Below are positions 8,896-17,264 of a stretch of DNA of 64,000 nt, in pieces. The notes beneath the pieces are model-generated. The model was not told the origin of the DNA. It searched no databases and saw only the letters and a program-made list of their open reading frames with translations. The stretch is taken from sequence record NC_048054.1. One strand, written 5' to 3'. How positions within the stretch are numbered: the first letter of the stretch is position 1; each line of letters opens with the position of its first letter. Position numbers and translations under genes: made by a program.

Positions 8896-9920
8896 GTAGA
8901 TCGTTCGCCTCTATCGGGAAAACTCCCGTTGCTGGCACGACACCGAAGATGAAAATCAAGTACGGCAAGCTGCCTATGCTGCATGTCGTTGATGCCTCGA
9001 ACTGGATGTGCCGAGCATACTTCGCCACGAACAAGAACCCGACATACGCCAAAGACGGTACTCCCAACTACGGCCTGCGTCAATTCATGAACATGGCGAA
9101 AGACTTGATTGATATTGCGGCGAAAGACCCAAACGGTGCGTACATTGCGTGGTGCTTTGACCCAAGCAGTTCCGCGACATGGCGCTACCGTGCAATACAA
9201 CAATGGGCTGCCGAGCACAAAAAGAAATACGTTAGTCAAGTCTTCAAGAAGTCGACCGATTACAAGGGCAACCGAGATCGTTCGCTGACTGTTGAGCTGC
9301 CTGTGCAAATGGAACTGGCCCAACGTATTCTCGAAATGGCTGGCTACTACGTTGGCATAAAAGCGCCTTACGAATGTGACGACCTCGTTGGAACATTGAG
9401 TGACCGCTTCAAGCACAACTATCTGGTCAAGCTGTATTCGCGTGATAAAGACTACGTGCAACTTGTGGACCACAAGAACGTTGAGCTTATCATGCAGGCT
9501 CAGTCTAATGCAGTCGAACGTCGCTTCACGCTTAAAACTGCCCAAGGATTCTTTGGCGTACCTCCAGATCGCGTTATTGATATGCTGGCACTTTCCGGCG
9601 ATAGCGTTGATAACGTTCCAGGGATTCCGGGCATTGGCGAAAAGACTGCGGCCGAGTTCATTCACCGTTATGGCGGCGCGCTCGAACTTCGAGATGCGTT
9701 GTTGAGCGGCAAGTTGAAGTCGAATGCTCGTTGGGCGCAAGCACTAACAGGCAAGATACCTTCAATGGATATTGAATTGCAAATGGAGCTTGTAACTATC
9801 GACCGTAACGTTCCGACTTTGCCTCGCAAGATCGAAGCGTTCGCACCAGGCAGACCTGATATAAAAGCGTTGAAAGCAACCATGAAACGCTTAGGTCTGC
9901 CGCATCTACTACACGTCTAA
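8892..9920 (+). CDS. 5'-3' exonuclease / flap endonuclease (PolA N-terminal, RNase H type)
   Basis: VVDASN, YKGNR, YECDDLVGTL, SRDKDYVQL, H3TH GDSVDNVPGIPGIGEKTA; start moved to ATG 8892 (GGAGG SD). Confidence 0.9.
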   Translation: MSRSFASIGKTPVAGTTPKMKIKYGKLPMLHVVDASNWMCRAYFATNKNPTYAKDGTPNYGLRQFMNMAKDLIDIAAKDPNGAYIAWCFDPSSSATWRYRAIQQWAAEHKKKYVSQVFKKSTDYKGNRDRSLTVELPVQMELAQRILEMAGYYVGIKAPYECDDLVGTLSDRFKHNYLVKLYSRDKDYVQLVDHKNVELIMQAQSNAVERRFTLKTAQGFFGVPPDRVIDMLALSGDSVDNVPGIPGIGEKTAAEFIHRYGGALELRDALLSGKLKSNARWAQALTGKIPSMDIELQMELVTIDRNVPTLPRKIEAFAPGRPDIKALKATMKRLGLPHLLHV

Positions 9921-9930
9921 TGAGGACATC

Positions 9931-10473
9931 ATGACGGATAAGATTACGCAGTTGGAGAAATGGTACGAAGCGGCGAAAGTCGCGTTCAAGATGGGCACTG
10001 TCAATCCTGATGGTGATGCCGCACTGCTTCTGGCCATCTATAAGCGATTGGCGAAAGCTGCCGAAGATTCGGGTGACAAAGACACTGTGACAGCAGATCG
10101 GTTGAATCTGCAAGAGTTCCTTGAGGACCTACGCAAAGAACTCCGCATGTACGACCTGATCTGCCGCCGTTTCAATACTGACTTGTACCCACACATCAAA
10201 GTCAGTGAAGACGTTAAAATCTATATCGCGCTCATGGCAACAACGCCAGGCAGTGCGGTAATGGCAATGACATATCTGTACCTTGCTCGCTGCTACACGC
10301 TGCAAGACATGGTGCTGAATTTCCTGCCGAGTGGTTACCCTGGTGAAGATGCTCTTGGCCTTACGTGGAGCATTCAGAAAGGGAACAGCGATGCCTTTAC
10401 CGGAAACCTGGTGGACGATATCGAAACTGTAAATAGCCTGTACAATAAGATGTATAACTCGGGAGATAAGTAA
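9931..10473 (+). CDS. Hypothetical protein
   Basis: 180-aa ORF with GAGG SD. Confidence 0.55.
   Translation: MTDKITQLEKWYEAAKVAFKMGTVNPDGDAALLLAIYKRLAKAAEDSGDKDTVTADRLNLQEFLEDLRKELRMYDLICRRFNTDLYPHIKVSEDVKIYIALMATTPGSAVMAMTYLYLARCYTLQDMVLNFLPSGYPGEDALGLTWSIQKGNSDAFTGNLVDDIETVNSLYNKMYNSGDK
10427..10435 (+). promoter_or_regulatory. CTGTAAATA candidate promoter
   Basis: Exact copy 38 nt upstream of ATG 10473. Confidence 0.5.
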
Positions 10474-11066
10474 TGGATTTGTCTGCTATCGGTTACGCTC
10501 CGAAGCAGTTCCGAGTAATCCCCGTTGAGAAGGGTAATCTCGTTACTGACTTCATTCAAGGTAAGTTCCGCGTTATCGGCGTTGAGTGCAACGCTCGTGG
10601 TGCTTACGGTAGTCCTATTCAAAAGAGTATCGCACGTCGCTTCCCGGAAGTTGTGCGCAAGGTCGAATCTATCGACTACGAACACGAACTAACAATCGGT
10701 AAGACGCACATGGTGCGTGTTGGTACTCAACATCGCCGCAATATGTTTGTTGCTAACATGCACATTGCTCGCGGTTTCGGTCTCGGCCTGAATGGTTCTG
10801 CTGAGGGCTTTCATAAGCCTATCAATCGTTTCAGTGAGAAGTTCCTGACGCGAGCATTTGAAGATATGCTGGAGCAGTGCGACAAGCTGAACATCGCACT
10901 CGACAGGCAGATCGCCATTCAGCGTTTCTATGGCGGACTCGGCGGGGTTTCGTGGGAAGAAGTATGTGCTGTCCTTGATGTTATCTGTGAGAAACATCAG
11001 TTCAACATGTACGCATATCTCCCACGCAACTACAACACTAACTATGTGCGGGGCGTTGCGCAATAA
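10473..11066 (+). CDS. Macrodomain protein (ADP-ribose processing, DarG/Poa1-like)
   Basis: KGNLV, CNARGAYGSPIQKSIARRFPE, IAIQRFYGGLGGVSWEEV match the macrodomain pattern. Confidence 0.7.
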   Translation: MDLSAIGYAPKQFRVIPVEKGNLVTDFIQGKFRVIGVECNARGAYGSPIQKSIARRFPEVVRKVESIDYEHELTIGKTHMVRVGTQHRRNMFVANMHIARGFGLGLNGSAEGFHKPINRFSEKFLTRAFEDMLEQCDKLNIALDRQIAIQRFYGGLGGVSWEEVCAVLDVICEKHQFNMYAYLPRNYNTNYVRGVAQ

Positions 11067-11078
11067 CTCTGGGGTGTA

Positions 11079-11423
11079 TTGATGAACACAATACGCGGAT
11101 TTGATTGGCTCTTTTACGGAGATGGAACCGATAGTGGCCAACACTCTATTTTAAGCGTCGTTGTTGAACAAGCAACGAAATCAGTGCAGGTGGAAGTGAA
11201 GCCAGGAATGGCGGTGCCTGTAATTCAAGCGATTCAGGAAAATGAAGTCCTGTACGCTCAGACGGAAGAAGGCTTGTACCGCATTCGCTATAGCTGTTCT
11301 TTCCGTACTCTGGATGCTAACGCATTCCCGAAAGACAAAACTGTTTTCCGCTTGAAGCTGATTGCATGTGACTTCCTTGCGGGTGTAACAACGCACGATA
11401 AGCTGTCGGAGTACGTGCCATGA
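11079..11423 (+). CDS. Hypothetical protein
   Basis: 114-aa ORF in operon. Confidence 0.5.
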   Translation: MMNTIRGFDWLFYGDGTDSGQHSILSVVVEQATKSVQVEVKPGMAVPVIQAIQENEVLYAQTEEGLYRIRYSCSFRTLDANAFPKDKTVFRLKLIACDFLAGVTTHDKLSEYVP

Positions 11424-12181
11424 TAACTGTACAGAAAATTGAAGCCCGTTTAAAGAGACTGGATTATACTCGGCCCTCACCTGATCGTGAGATGCTTGAG
11501 GGACTTATGAAAGATGGGCGCACTCGCATTCTCAGCAAATCTGCTGAAAGTGATTTGTGTGCCGACTCAGATCGTTACTTTGAGTTTTGTCTTTCGCAGG
11601 TCGGCTCTTTCTGTACTGCATCTTACAACGCTGTAGAGATTGGTCTGTCTCTCAACATCCAACCGATTTATATCGCTGCTGCGATTCATCTGTATGGCAG
11701 CGATTGGCAGTTCCGCTTCCTCGAACTTAAACGCTTCGGCCAATTGGCTCGTGGTGATTACTCGGTGTGGAAGTCTGCTGACGCGTGGTTCGGTTTAGGT
11801 GAGTGCCGTCGCCGTCTGGTCAGTGTGGGAGTCTCGTCTGAGATCTCAACCGGTCAATCTATTCTTCGCATGGCTGTACGCAAAGGCGAGATGGATAAGA
11901 TTCGTGAGATTGCTGAGGCGCATCCACATCGCATGATGTCCATTCTCGGCATGAAGCGTGAGCCACTGTATACTGACCCGCGCATCGTCGCATCAAAGAA
12001 AGCGCGTGAGAAAGCAAAAGCAGATGCTGCGGCTGCCGGTAAGAAACTGGCTGAGCCTCGCTCCTATGCAGACCTTACTCCTGTGTTCAACGGCCCCATC
12101 GCTCCTCGTGACGTTACTCGTGGTTTCAGTGATTCATCTGAAACTCGCGGTACGGTTAACGGTCGTCGTTTTCGCGTTTAA
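11420..12181 (+). CDS. Hypothetical protein
   Basis: 253-aa ORF, ATGA overlap. Confidence 0.55.
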   Translation: MITVQKIEARLKRLDYTRPSPDREMLEGLMKDGRTRILSKSAESDLCADSDRYFEFCLSQVGSFCTASYNAVEIGLSLNIQPIYIAAAIHLYGSDWQFRFLELKRFGQLARGDYSVWKSADAWFGLGECRRRLVSVGVSSEISTGQSILRMAVRKGEMDKIREIAEAHPHRMMSILGMKREPLYTDPRIVASKKAREKAKADAAAAGKKLAEPRSYADLTPVFNGPIAPRDVTRGFSDSSETRGTVNGRRFRV

Positions 12182-12194
12182 TAACTGCGAACGG

Positions 12195-12200
12195 TAATTT
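12195..12200 (+). promoter_or_regulatory. TAATTT candidate promoter of the cmoA operon
   Basis: 33 nt upstream of ATG 12233. Confidence 0.35.
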
Positions 12201-12232
12201 CGAGCGTCAAAACAAATAACGGAAATCTAATC

Positions 12233-13003
12233 ATGAGCAACGTTGATAAAACAATGCCAGAAGGTCGCTGGGAGTTTAATGAGCCAGTAGCTTCTGTATT
12301 CGATAACATGCTGCAAAACTCAATCCCATCGTATGACCGTATGCGTGACCTGACGTACCGTCTTGGTCGCCAGTTCGTAACACCCGGTTCGGCCATTGTC
12401 GATCTGGGTGCATCACTCGGTCGTGCTATCGAACCGTTCTGTGCTGAGTTCGGTGAGTATCGTTATCTCCATGCTGCTGATCGCCCTGAGCCAGATCGTG
12501 AAGTAGGTAACCTGTACTGCTGCTACGAAGTCGCACCTGCGATGCTTGAGCGTCTGCGTGAAAACCCTGTACTGAAAACTGCTAAAGCGCAAATCAGTAG
12601 CGAGTCGCTGGTGGAAGTAGACACGTTCCGCTTCGACGAGCAGGTTGAGTGCTCACTGATTCTGTCTGTGCTCACTCTCCAATTCACGCCGATTGAACAT
12701 CGTCAGCACATTCTGGAGAAAGTGTACGACTCGTTGCAGAAAGGCGGCGCGTTTATTCTGGTTGAGAAAGTGTTGGGTGACGACAACTTCCTCGACCGTC
12801 TGCTGGTAGACACCTACTACGGCATGAAAGGCGATAACGGTTACTCGCAAGAATCTATTGCGGCTAAACGTAAGTCCCTCGAAGGCGTACTGGTGCCTGT
12901 GAAAGCTGCATGGAACGAAGAACTGCTGCGTAAAGCTGGCTTCGACCGTGTAGAGTGTTTCTACCGCGACCTGAACTTTGCTGGATGGATCGCAGTCAAA
13001 TAA
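12233..13003 (+). CDS. cmoA: CmoA-like carboxy-S-adenosylmethionine synthase
   Basis: WEFNEPVASVFDNMLQNSIPSY, DLGASLG, TLQF, VEK, NGYS...AKRKSLEGV, AGF...NF match the CmoA pattern including the carboxylate-binding KR arginine. Confidence 0.85.
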   Translation: MSNVDKTMPEGRWEFNEPVASVFDNMLQNSIPSYDRMRDLTYRLGRQFVTPGSAIVDLGASLGRAIEPFCAEFGEYRYLHAADRPEPDREVGNLYCCYEVAPAMLERLRENPVLKTAKAQISSESLVEVDTFRFDEQVECSLILSVLTLQFTPIEHRQHILEKVYDSLQKGGAFILVEKVLGDDNFLDRLLVDTYYGMKGDNGYSQESIAAKRKSLEGVLVPVKAAWNEELLRKAGFDRVECFYRDLNFAGWIAVK

Positions 13004-13014
13004 GGTAAAACGAA

Positions 13015-14070
13015 ATGAGCGTAAGTGGTGATATTTATAACATCCCCCAACCGTTCGCCATGTATTGTGGCAACTGTGAAACTCGTGCTCAGGCAAAAGT
13101 GGCCTCAGGCACAATTGAATGGGCTCCAGAGAAAGTCTGCTGCGTTGTTGCAGACGATAACGGCCTGTTCCCTGATGTTCCCCACGTCAACATCGCAAGC
13201 GTCCACGCTACAGATGCGCGTACTCTCGTAATCGGCTGTGCGCCGTTTGGCGGTAAGATTGACGAGCACATGGACCGCACTATTCGCAGTGCTATCTATC
13301 GTGGTCTGAACGTCGCTGCTGCAATGCACAATCGTCTGGCCGATAATGCCGAATACGTTGCGCTGGCTGAACAGTACAACGTCAAGCTGTATGACTTCCG
13401 TCATCGCCCTGATGCGTACCCTCTCGGTACTGGTGAGAAGCGCAAAGGCATTCGTCTGCTGACTGTCGGCACTGATAGCTCTTGCGGCAAGAAGTTCACG
13501 ACGCTGACGCTGCACCGCGCACTGAAAGAGATTCACGAAGACACCGTGTTCTGTTCAACTGGACAGACTGGCTTCCTGATCAGCAACTGTGGTATCAACA
13601 ACGATACTCTGGTGGCTGACTTCCTTGCTGGCGCTGCCGAGTCATTATCGCCTGACGGTCCTGCTGATCGTATCTATCTGATCGAAGGTCAAGGTGCTAT
13701 CACTCACCCAGCTTATACTGGCGGCAGCATGAGTCTGATTGCTGGCTCGCAGCCTGACTACTTCATTATGTGCCACGCGTACGGACGTAAGAACCAGCTC
13801 GGTGTTAAACGTGCGCCGAATTTGATGTTCGAATTGAGCGCCAATATGGACGCTGCTGCAATTCACGGCCTAACTCCTAAGTATCTCGGTATCAGTGTCA
13901 ACTTCTCTGAAAGCGGCCTGACGATTGCGGAGCAGAACGAAGTGATGTGCGATATGCAGCATATGTACGGTCTGCCTGTATTTGACCCGTCGCGTGATCA
14001 AGAGTATATCGCAGAGATCGCCAATAAGCTCCAGCAGGAAGCAGAGAGCAGGAGCAATGCGAATGGCTAA
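13015..14070 (+). CDS. DUF1611 / DgcN-like P-loop protein
   Basis: TLVIGCAPFGG, MHNRL, RLLTVGTDSSCGK, TGQTG, VADFLAGA, IEGQG, HPAY, QPD, GISVN, LPVFDP. Confidence 0.85.
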   Translation: MSVSGDIYNIPQPFAMYCGNCETRAQAKVASGTIEWAPEKVCCVVADDNGLFPDVPHVNIASVHATDARTLVIGCAPFGGKIDEHMDRTIRSAIYRGLNVAAAMHNRLADNAEYVALAEQYNVKLYDFRHRPDAYPLGTGEKRKGIRLLTVGTDSSCGKKFTTLTLHRALKEIHEDTVFCSTGQTGFLISNCGINNDTLVADFLAGAAESLSPDGPADRIYLIEGQGAITHPAYTGGSMSLIAGSQPDYFIMCHAYGRKNQLGVKRAPNLMFELSANMDAAAIHGLTPKYLGISVNFSESGLTIAEQNEVMCDMQHMYGLPVFDPSRDQEYIAEIANKLQQEAESRSNANG

Positions 14071-14932
14071 ACATCCTCTTCGCAAGCTGTTTGAACAGCA
14101 CGTAAAGAAAGAGGTCAAAGCCAAAGAAGTGGCCGTTCTGCTTTCGAGCGGCCTCGACGGTTTGGTTAGCGCACTCGCCGCGCATGATCTCGGCATGAAG
14201 GTACATGCCTTTACTTTCCAGATGGGCGACAACCAGAGCTTCGATAGCAAACACGCTGCAATCGTCGCACAGAAGATGGGCTGGGAGTTCACGCTCGTCA
14301 AAGTGCCTACCTCTGACAGTGCTATCGCTCAGGGCTGGAAGACGCTGCATAAAAAGTTCCGCTGCATTAAGAAGCGTGACTATGAGTGTGCGTACCCTAT
14401 GGTGTATTGCTACAAGGCGATCAAAGAAGCTGGGTTTAAGTACGTGCTCAGTGGTCTGGTGGCAGACGGTTACTTCCTGTATAACCGCAATACGCACATT
14501 CAGAAAGTAAGCGGCCCGCACTCAGTCGCTGAAAAGTATCACGCGTACCGCACCGAATACTTCCGACCGTGGATCAAAGACGGTAAGAAGTCTCTCGGTG
14601 TTGACGGGTATAACCCAAGCGGTATGCTGCAACACGAAATGCTGTGTGACCACTTCGGCCTTGTTCACGTTAACCCGTGGATGCAGCCGAAAGTATTTGA
14701 TTACTTCATCAAGTACACATGGCAGGAACTCAATCAGCCCAAGCAGAAACAACCTATTACAGAAGCATGGGCTGACCACATCGCTATTGTAGGGCATCGC
14801 CCGCATCGCGGATATCAAACAGAAGCTGGAGTACCTGCGTACTTCGAACGCTTACTGGATAATCCTGAGATCAACTTCAACGGGCGCAAGCGTATCATGG
14901 ATGTTGCCCGTGATTGGTCAACGAGGACGTAA
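14063..14932 (+). CDS. Asparagine-synthetase-like ATP-dependent amide ligase (synthetase domain only)
   Basis: PP-loop VAVLLSSGLDG, VLSGLVADGYF, NP(W) motif; no glutaminase domain; AGGAG SD supports ATG 14063. Confidence 0.7.
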   Translation: MAKHPLRKLFEQHVKKEVKAKEVAVLLSSGLDGLVSALAAHDLGMKVHAFTFQMGDNQSFDSKHAAIVAQKMGWEFTLVKVPTSDSAIAQGWKTLHKKFRCIKKRDYECAYPMVYCYKAIKEAGFKYVLSGLVADGYFLYNRNTHIQKVSGPHSVAEKYHAYRTEYFRPWIKDGKKSLGVDGYNPSGMLQHEMLCDHFGLVHVNPWMQPKVFDYFIKYTWQELNQPKQKQPITEAWADHIAIVGHRPHRGYQTEAGVPAYFERLLDNPEINFNGRKRIMDVARDWSTRT

Positions 14933-14933
14933 C

Positions 14934-15554
14934 ATGTTAGTACACATCATTGACGGTGGCGTAGGCTGCAATTATGTAGCTGAAAAATTGCGTGAGTCGA
15001 ATATCAACTGTCGCACACACGCTCCAAACAATCCGCGCATTCGCGCTCAGTATGCTCCTTACCCTTCACTGTCTATGGGCTTTGAGGCACAGGAGATCGA
15101 GAAACATATCGGTAACGTGCTGGGCACCTATCGCGGACTGTTCCTGATCAGTAGCTACGTCGGCTCTCTTGTCGCACGTAGCATGATTGATCAATGCGGC
15201 CAGAGCCATAACATCATCTATTGCGATGACTTGCAGTGTGGCTCAACGCCTGTTGTTGCTTCCTCAATTTCTGTAAACATCTACAAGAAGCAACGGCAAC
15301 TCGGACGTATCGCTGGGCGCATCAAACACTTCGACCTTGACCACGAATTTATTATCGCTGATAAGTCAGTGCGGTTCGCGTCAGGTTCGGAGTTCGATGA
15401 ACACGGCGCGCGTGAAGAACTGGACGATACGCCTAAGTTCTTATCGAGTCCGTCAATGATTGTTGCAGCACACAAACTCGGTGTGAAGCGCAGCATGTAT
15501 CACAACTATGCAGGGTTGGTGCGAGAGTTCCTCGAAAAGCGCCAGCAGCAATAA
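14934..15554 (+). CDS. Divergent Asp/Glu-racemase-like protein (putative)
   Basis: N-terminus HIIDGGVG...APYPSLS...LFLISSYVGS parallels MurI IGVFDSGVGG...PYG.KS...IVIACNTAS; catalytic CNT not conserved. Confidence 0.35.
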   Translation: MLVHIIDGGVGCNYVAEKLRESNINCRTHAPNNPRIRAQYAPYPSLSMGFEAQEIEKHIGNVLGTYRGLFLISSYVGSLVARSMIDQCGQSHNIIYCDDLQCGSTPVVASSISVNIYKKQRQLGRIAGRIKHFDLDHEFIIADKSVRFASGSEFDEHGAREELDDTPKFLSSPSMIVAAHKLGVKRSMYHNYAGLVREFLEKRQQQ

Positions 15555-15566
15555 CGCGAGGGCACG

Positions 15567-15830
15567 ATGATTAATCGCTTTCAGTTAAAACGAGTTCCAG
15601 TGATTGAAGCCTGTCAGTGGAACGGTGAGAACGTTGAGGAGATGAATAACTTCCTCAACGGCAGCGGTTACGTTGTAGGGCGTTACGTTCAAATCGGTGT
15701 GACTGACCAATACGGTAAGCCTACTCTGGCGAACGTGGCAGTTGGCAACTACGCAGTAAAACACGAAGACGGTAAGTACGACGCGATCACAGCGTCTGAC
15801 CTGCACACCAACTACGTGTTGGCAGATTGA
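15567..15830 (+). CDS. Small conserved-type phage protein
   Basis: PVIEACQWNGEN...GNYAVKHEDGKY pattern seen in many phage small proteins. Confidence 0.55.
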   Translation: MINRFQLKRVPVIEACQWNGENVEEMNNFLNGSGYVVGRYVQIGVTDQYGKPTLANVAVGNYAVKHEDGKYDAITASDLHTNYVLAD

Positions 15831-15834
15831 GGAC

Positions 15835-16293
15835 ATGATGAACCTGTTTTCTATTTTAAAGCAGCAAGTGAAGAAAGCGCTATCTACCGAAGCGAACCAC
15901 GAGCCTGAGGTTCGCTCTCTGTTTGACTGGCGTTACTCTGTTGAAATCAAAGGCCAGATGTATATCGTCGGTAAGACTGGCGCTAACACCTGCTTCTATA
16001 TTGAGCCAGGTACTTCTGAGCCTATCGCTTGTTACCCTGATGCGTTACTCGAAAAGATCGACGAGTGGGGAGCGAGCAAGTACGTGTCGTATTCGATCTT
16101 CTTCAAACGCTTCGATAGCCCTGTTGCCGAGAACATCAAAACTCTCGAAAAGGCAATGAGTGGTAAACCGAAGTCCTTTAAGAAAGGCTACTTCATCTGT
16201 GGCGTGACCCCGAAAGGCAAGCGTGAGAAACTCTATCGCTTGCAGCAAGGTCTGTCTGGTATGCAGTGGGTAGCTGTGGAGAAACAAGCATGA
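15835..16293 (+). CDS. Hypothetical protein
   Basis: 152-aa ORF, GAGG SD. Confidence 0.55.
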   Translation: MMNLFSILKQQVKKALSTEANHEPEVRSLFDWRYSVEIKGQMYIVGKTGANTCFYIEPGTSEPIACYPDALLEKIDEWGASKYVSYSIFFKRFDSPVAENIKTLEKAMSGKPKSFKKGYFICGVTPKGKREKLYRLQQGLSGMQWVAVEKQA

Positions 16294-16499
16294 GTAAGCG
16301 CATTCAATTCCTTTTGTCCTGTAGCGCGTTTGTCTCAGGCTTGCTTCTGACGCTGGTGATCTTCGCTCTGATTGTGTTCAATGTTGTTATGGACATATCA
16401 AAGGAAGTAACCACACCTCTGCTGATCGTTCTCGTTGTTTGTTTTATTAACAACATGTCAACGGCGTTCTTGATGCGGACCAACAACTCTAAATCGTAA
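16290..16499 (+). CDS. Small membrane protein (2 TM)
   Basis: Two hydrophobic segments; ATGA overlap at 16290. Confidence 0.55.
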   Translation: MSKRIQFLLSCSAFVSGLLLTLVIFALIVFNVVMDISKEVTTPLLIVLVVCFINNMSTAFLMRTNNSKS

Positions 16500-16528
16500 C
16501 GCACGGTCTGTCCGTGTGAGGAGCAAGT

Positions 16529-16822
16529 ATGATTAGTGACATTACAGTCGGCCATATCTACAAGTCGCCCAGCGACAAGCCATTTATTGTTGACTGCATT
16601 GCTGCACACGGACAGGATTGCTCACTGCCTATGGTTGTCTACCGTAATCTCGAACCTACGGCAGACAGACCTGCCGATAGCGTGTGGGTAATCCCTGAGT
16701 CGTTGTTTGTGATGCAGTTCTCTGAGTACGAATCAGGAGAGCACCATGAACACAACGAGCTTGTATCATCATCTGGAATCAAGGGGGTTTGCTCCTTCTT
16801 CCTATCACTGTTGGCTAAGTGA
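16529..16822 (+). CDS. DUF1653-like protein
   Basis: GHIYK...FIVDCIAAHGQD...MVVYRNL...VWVIPESLF. Confidence 0.55.
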   Translation: MISDITVGHIYKSPSDKPFIVDCIAAHGQDCSLPMVVYRNLEPTADRPADSVWVIPESLFVMQFSEYESGEHHEHNELVSSSGIKGVCSFFLSLLAK

Positions 16823-17259
16823 AACGCAAATGACCGTGCCGCTGTTTGGCTTTGATCGAGCCATGCGCGGTCTACAGGTCTACACACCCGATGCACCAAA
16901 GCATGATAAGAACCCGAAAGCGTGTCGTTACTTTACGCGAGCATTCGGCGGCAAGCAGTTGGTGTGGGGATCGGAAATTAAACCTGAACGGGTCGACCGT
17001 ATTCTTAACTGAGTCTGTATTCAAGGCGTGTGCTCTGCATCGCGTTGGACTCAACGCTTGGTCCGTTCTAGGTTCGGATGTTAGTCTGCACCTATATCAT
17101 CAGTTGCGTCTGCTTGGTCTACGTTTCGTCTGTCTTGGTGATGACGATGCCGCAGGTGAAAAGTTTAGTCAGACGTTTGGACTAGGCACCACCAGCAAAG
17201 ACCTTGACGAAATGACTGACAGTGAACTTCTCGATTTAACTCTCCCATTCGTAAGGTAA
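16746..17259 (+). pseudogene. Small Toprim/primase-like gene split by a +1 frameshift
   Basis: ORF 16746-17012 (...RYFT...VWGSE) continues in the +1 frame as LNLNGSTVFLTESVFKA...GDDDAAG...KDLDE; one extra A near 16975-16982. Confidence 0.65.
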
Positions 17260-17264
17260 CTGAA

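Noticed and set aside
8835-9740. 301-aa minus-strand ORF
   Set aside because: Antisense shadow of the well-supported exonuclease; no motifs or SD. The same applies to most minus-strand ORFs in 1-44 kb
12233-13003. CmoA as a simple tRNA-modification auxiliary gene
   Set aside because: Not excluded, but no CmoB or tRNA is in the window, and the neighbours plus the Arg-motif-X MTase fit DNA modification better
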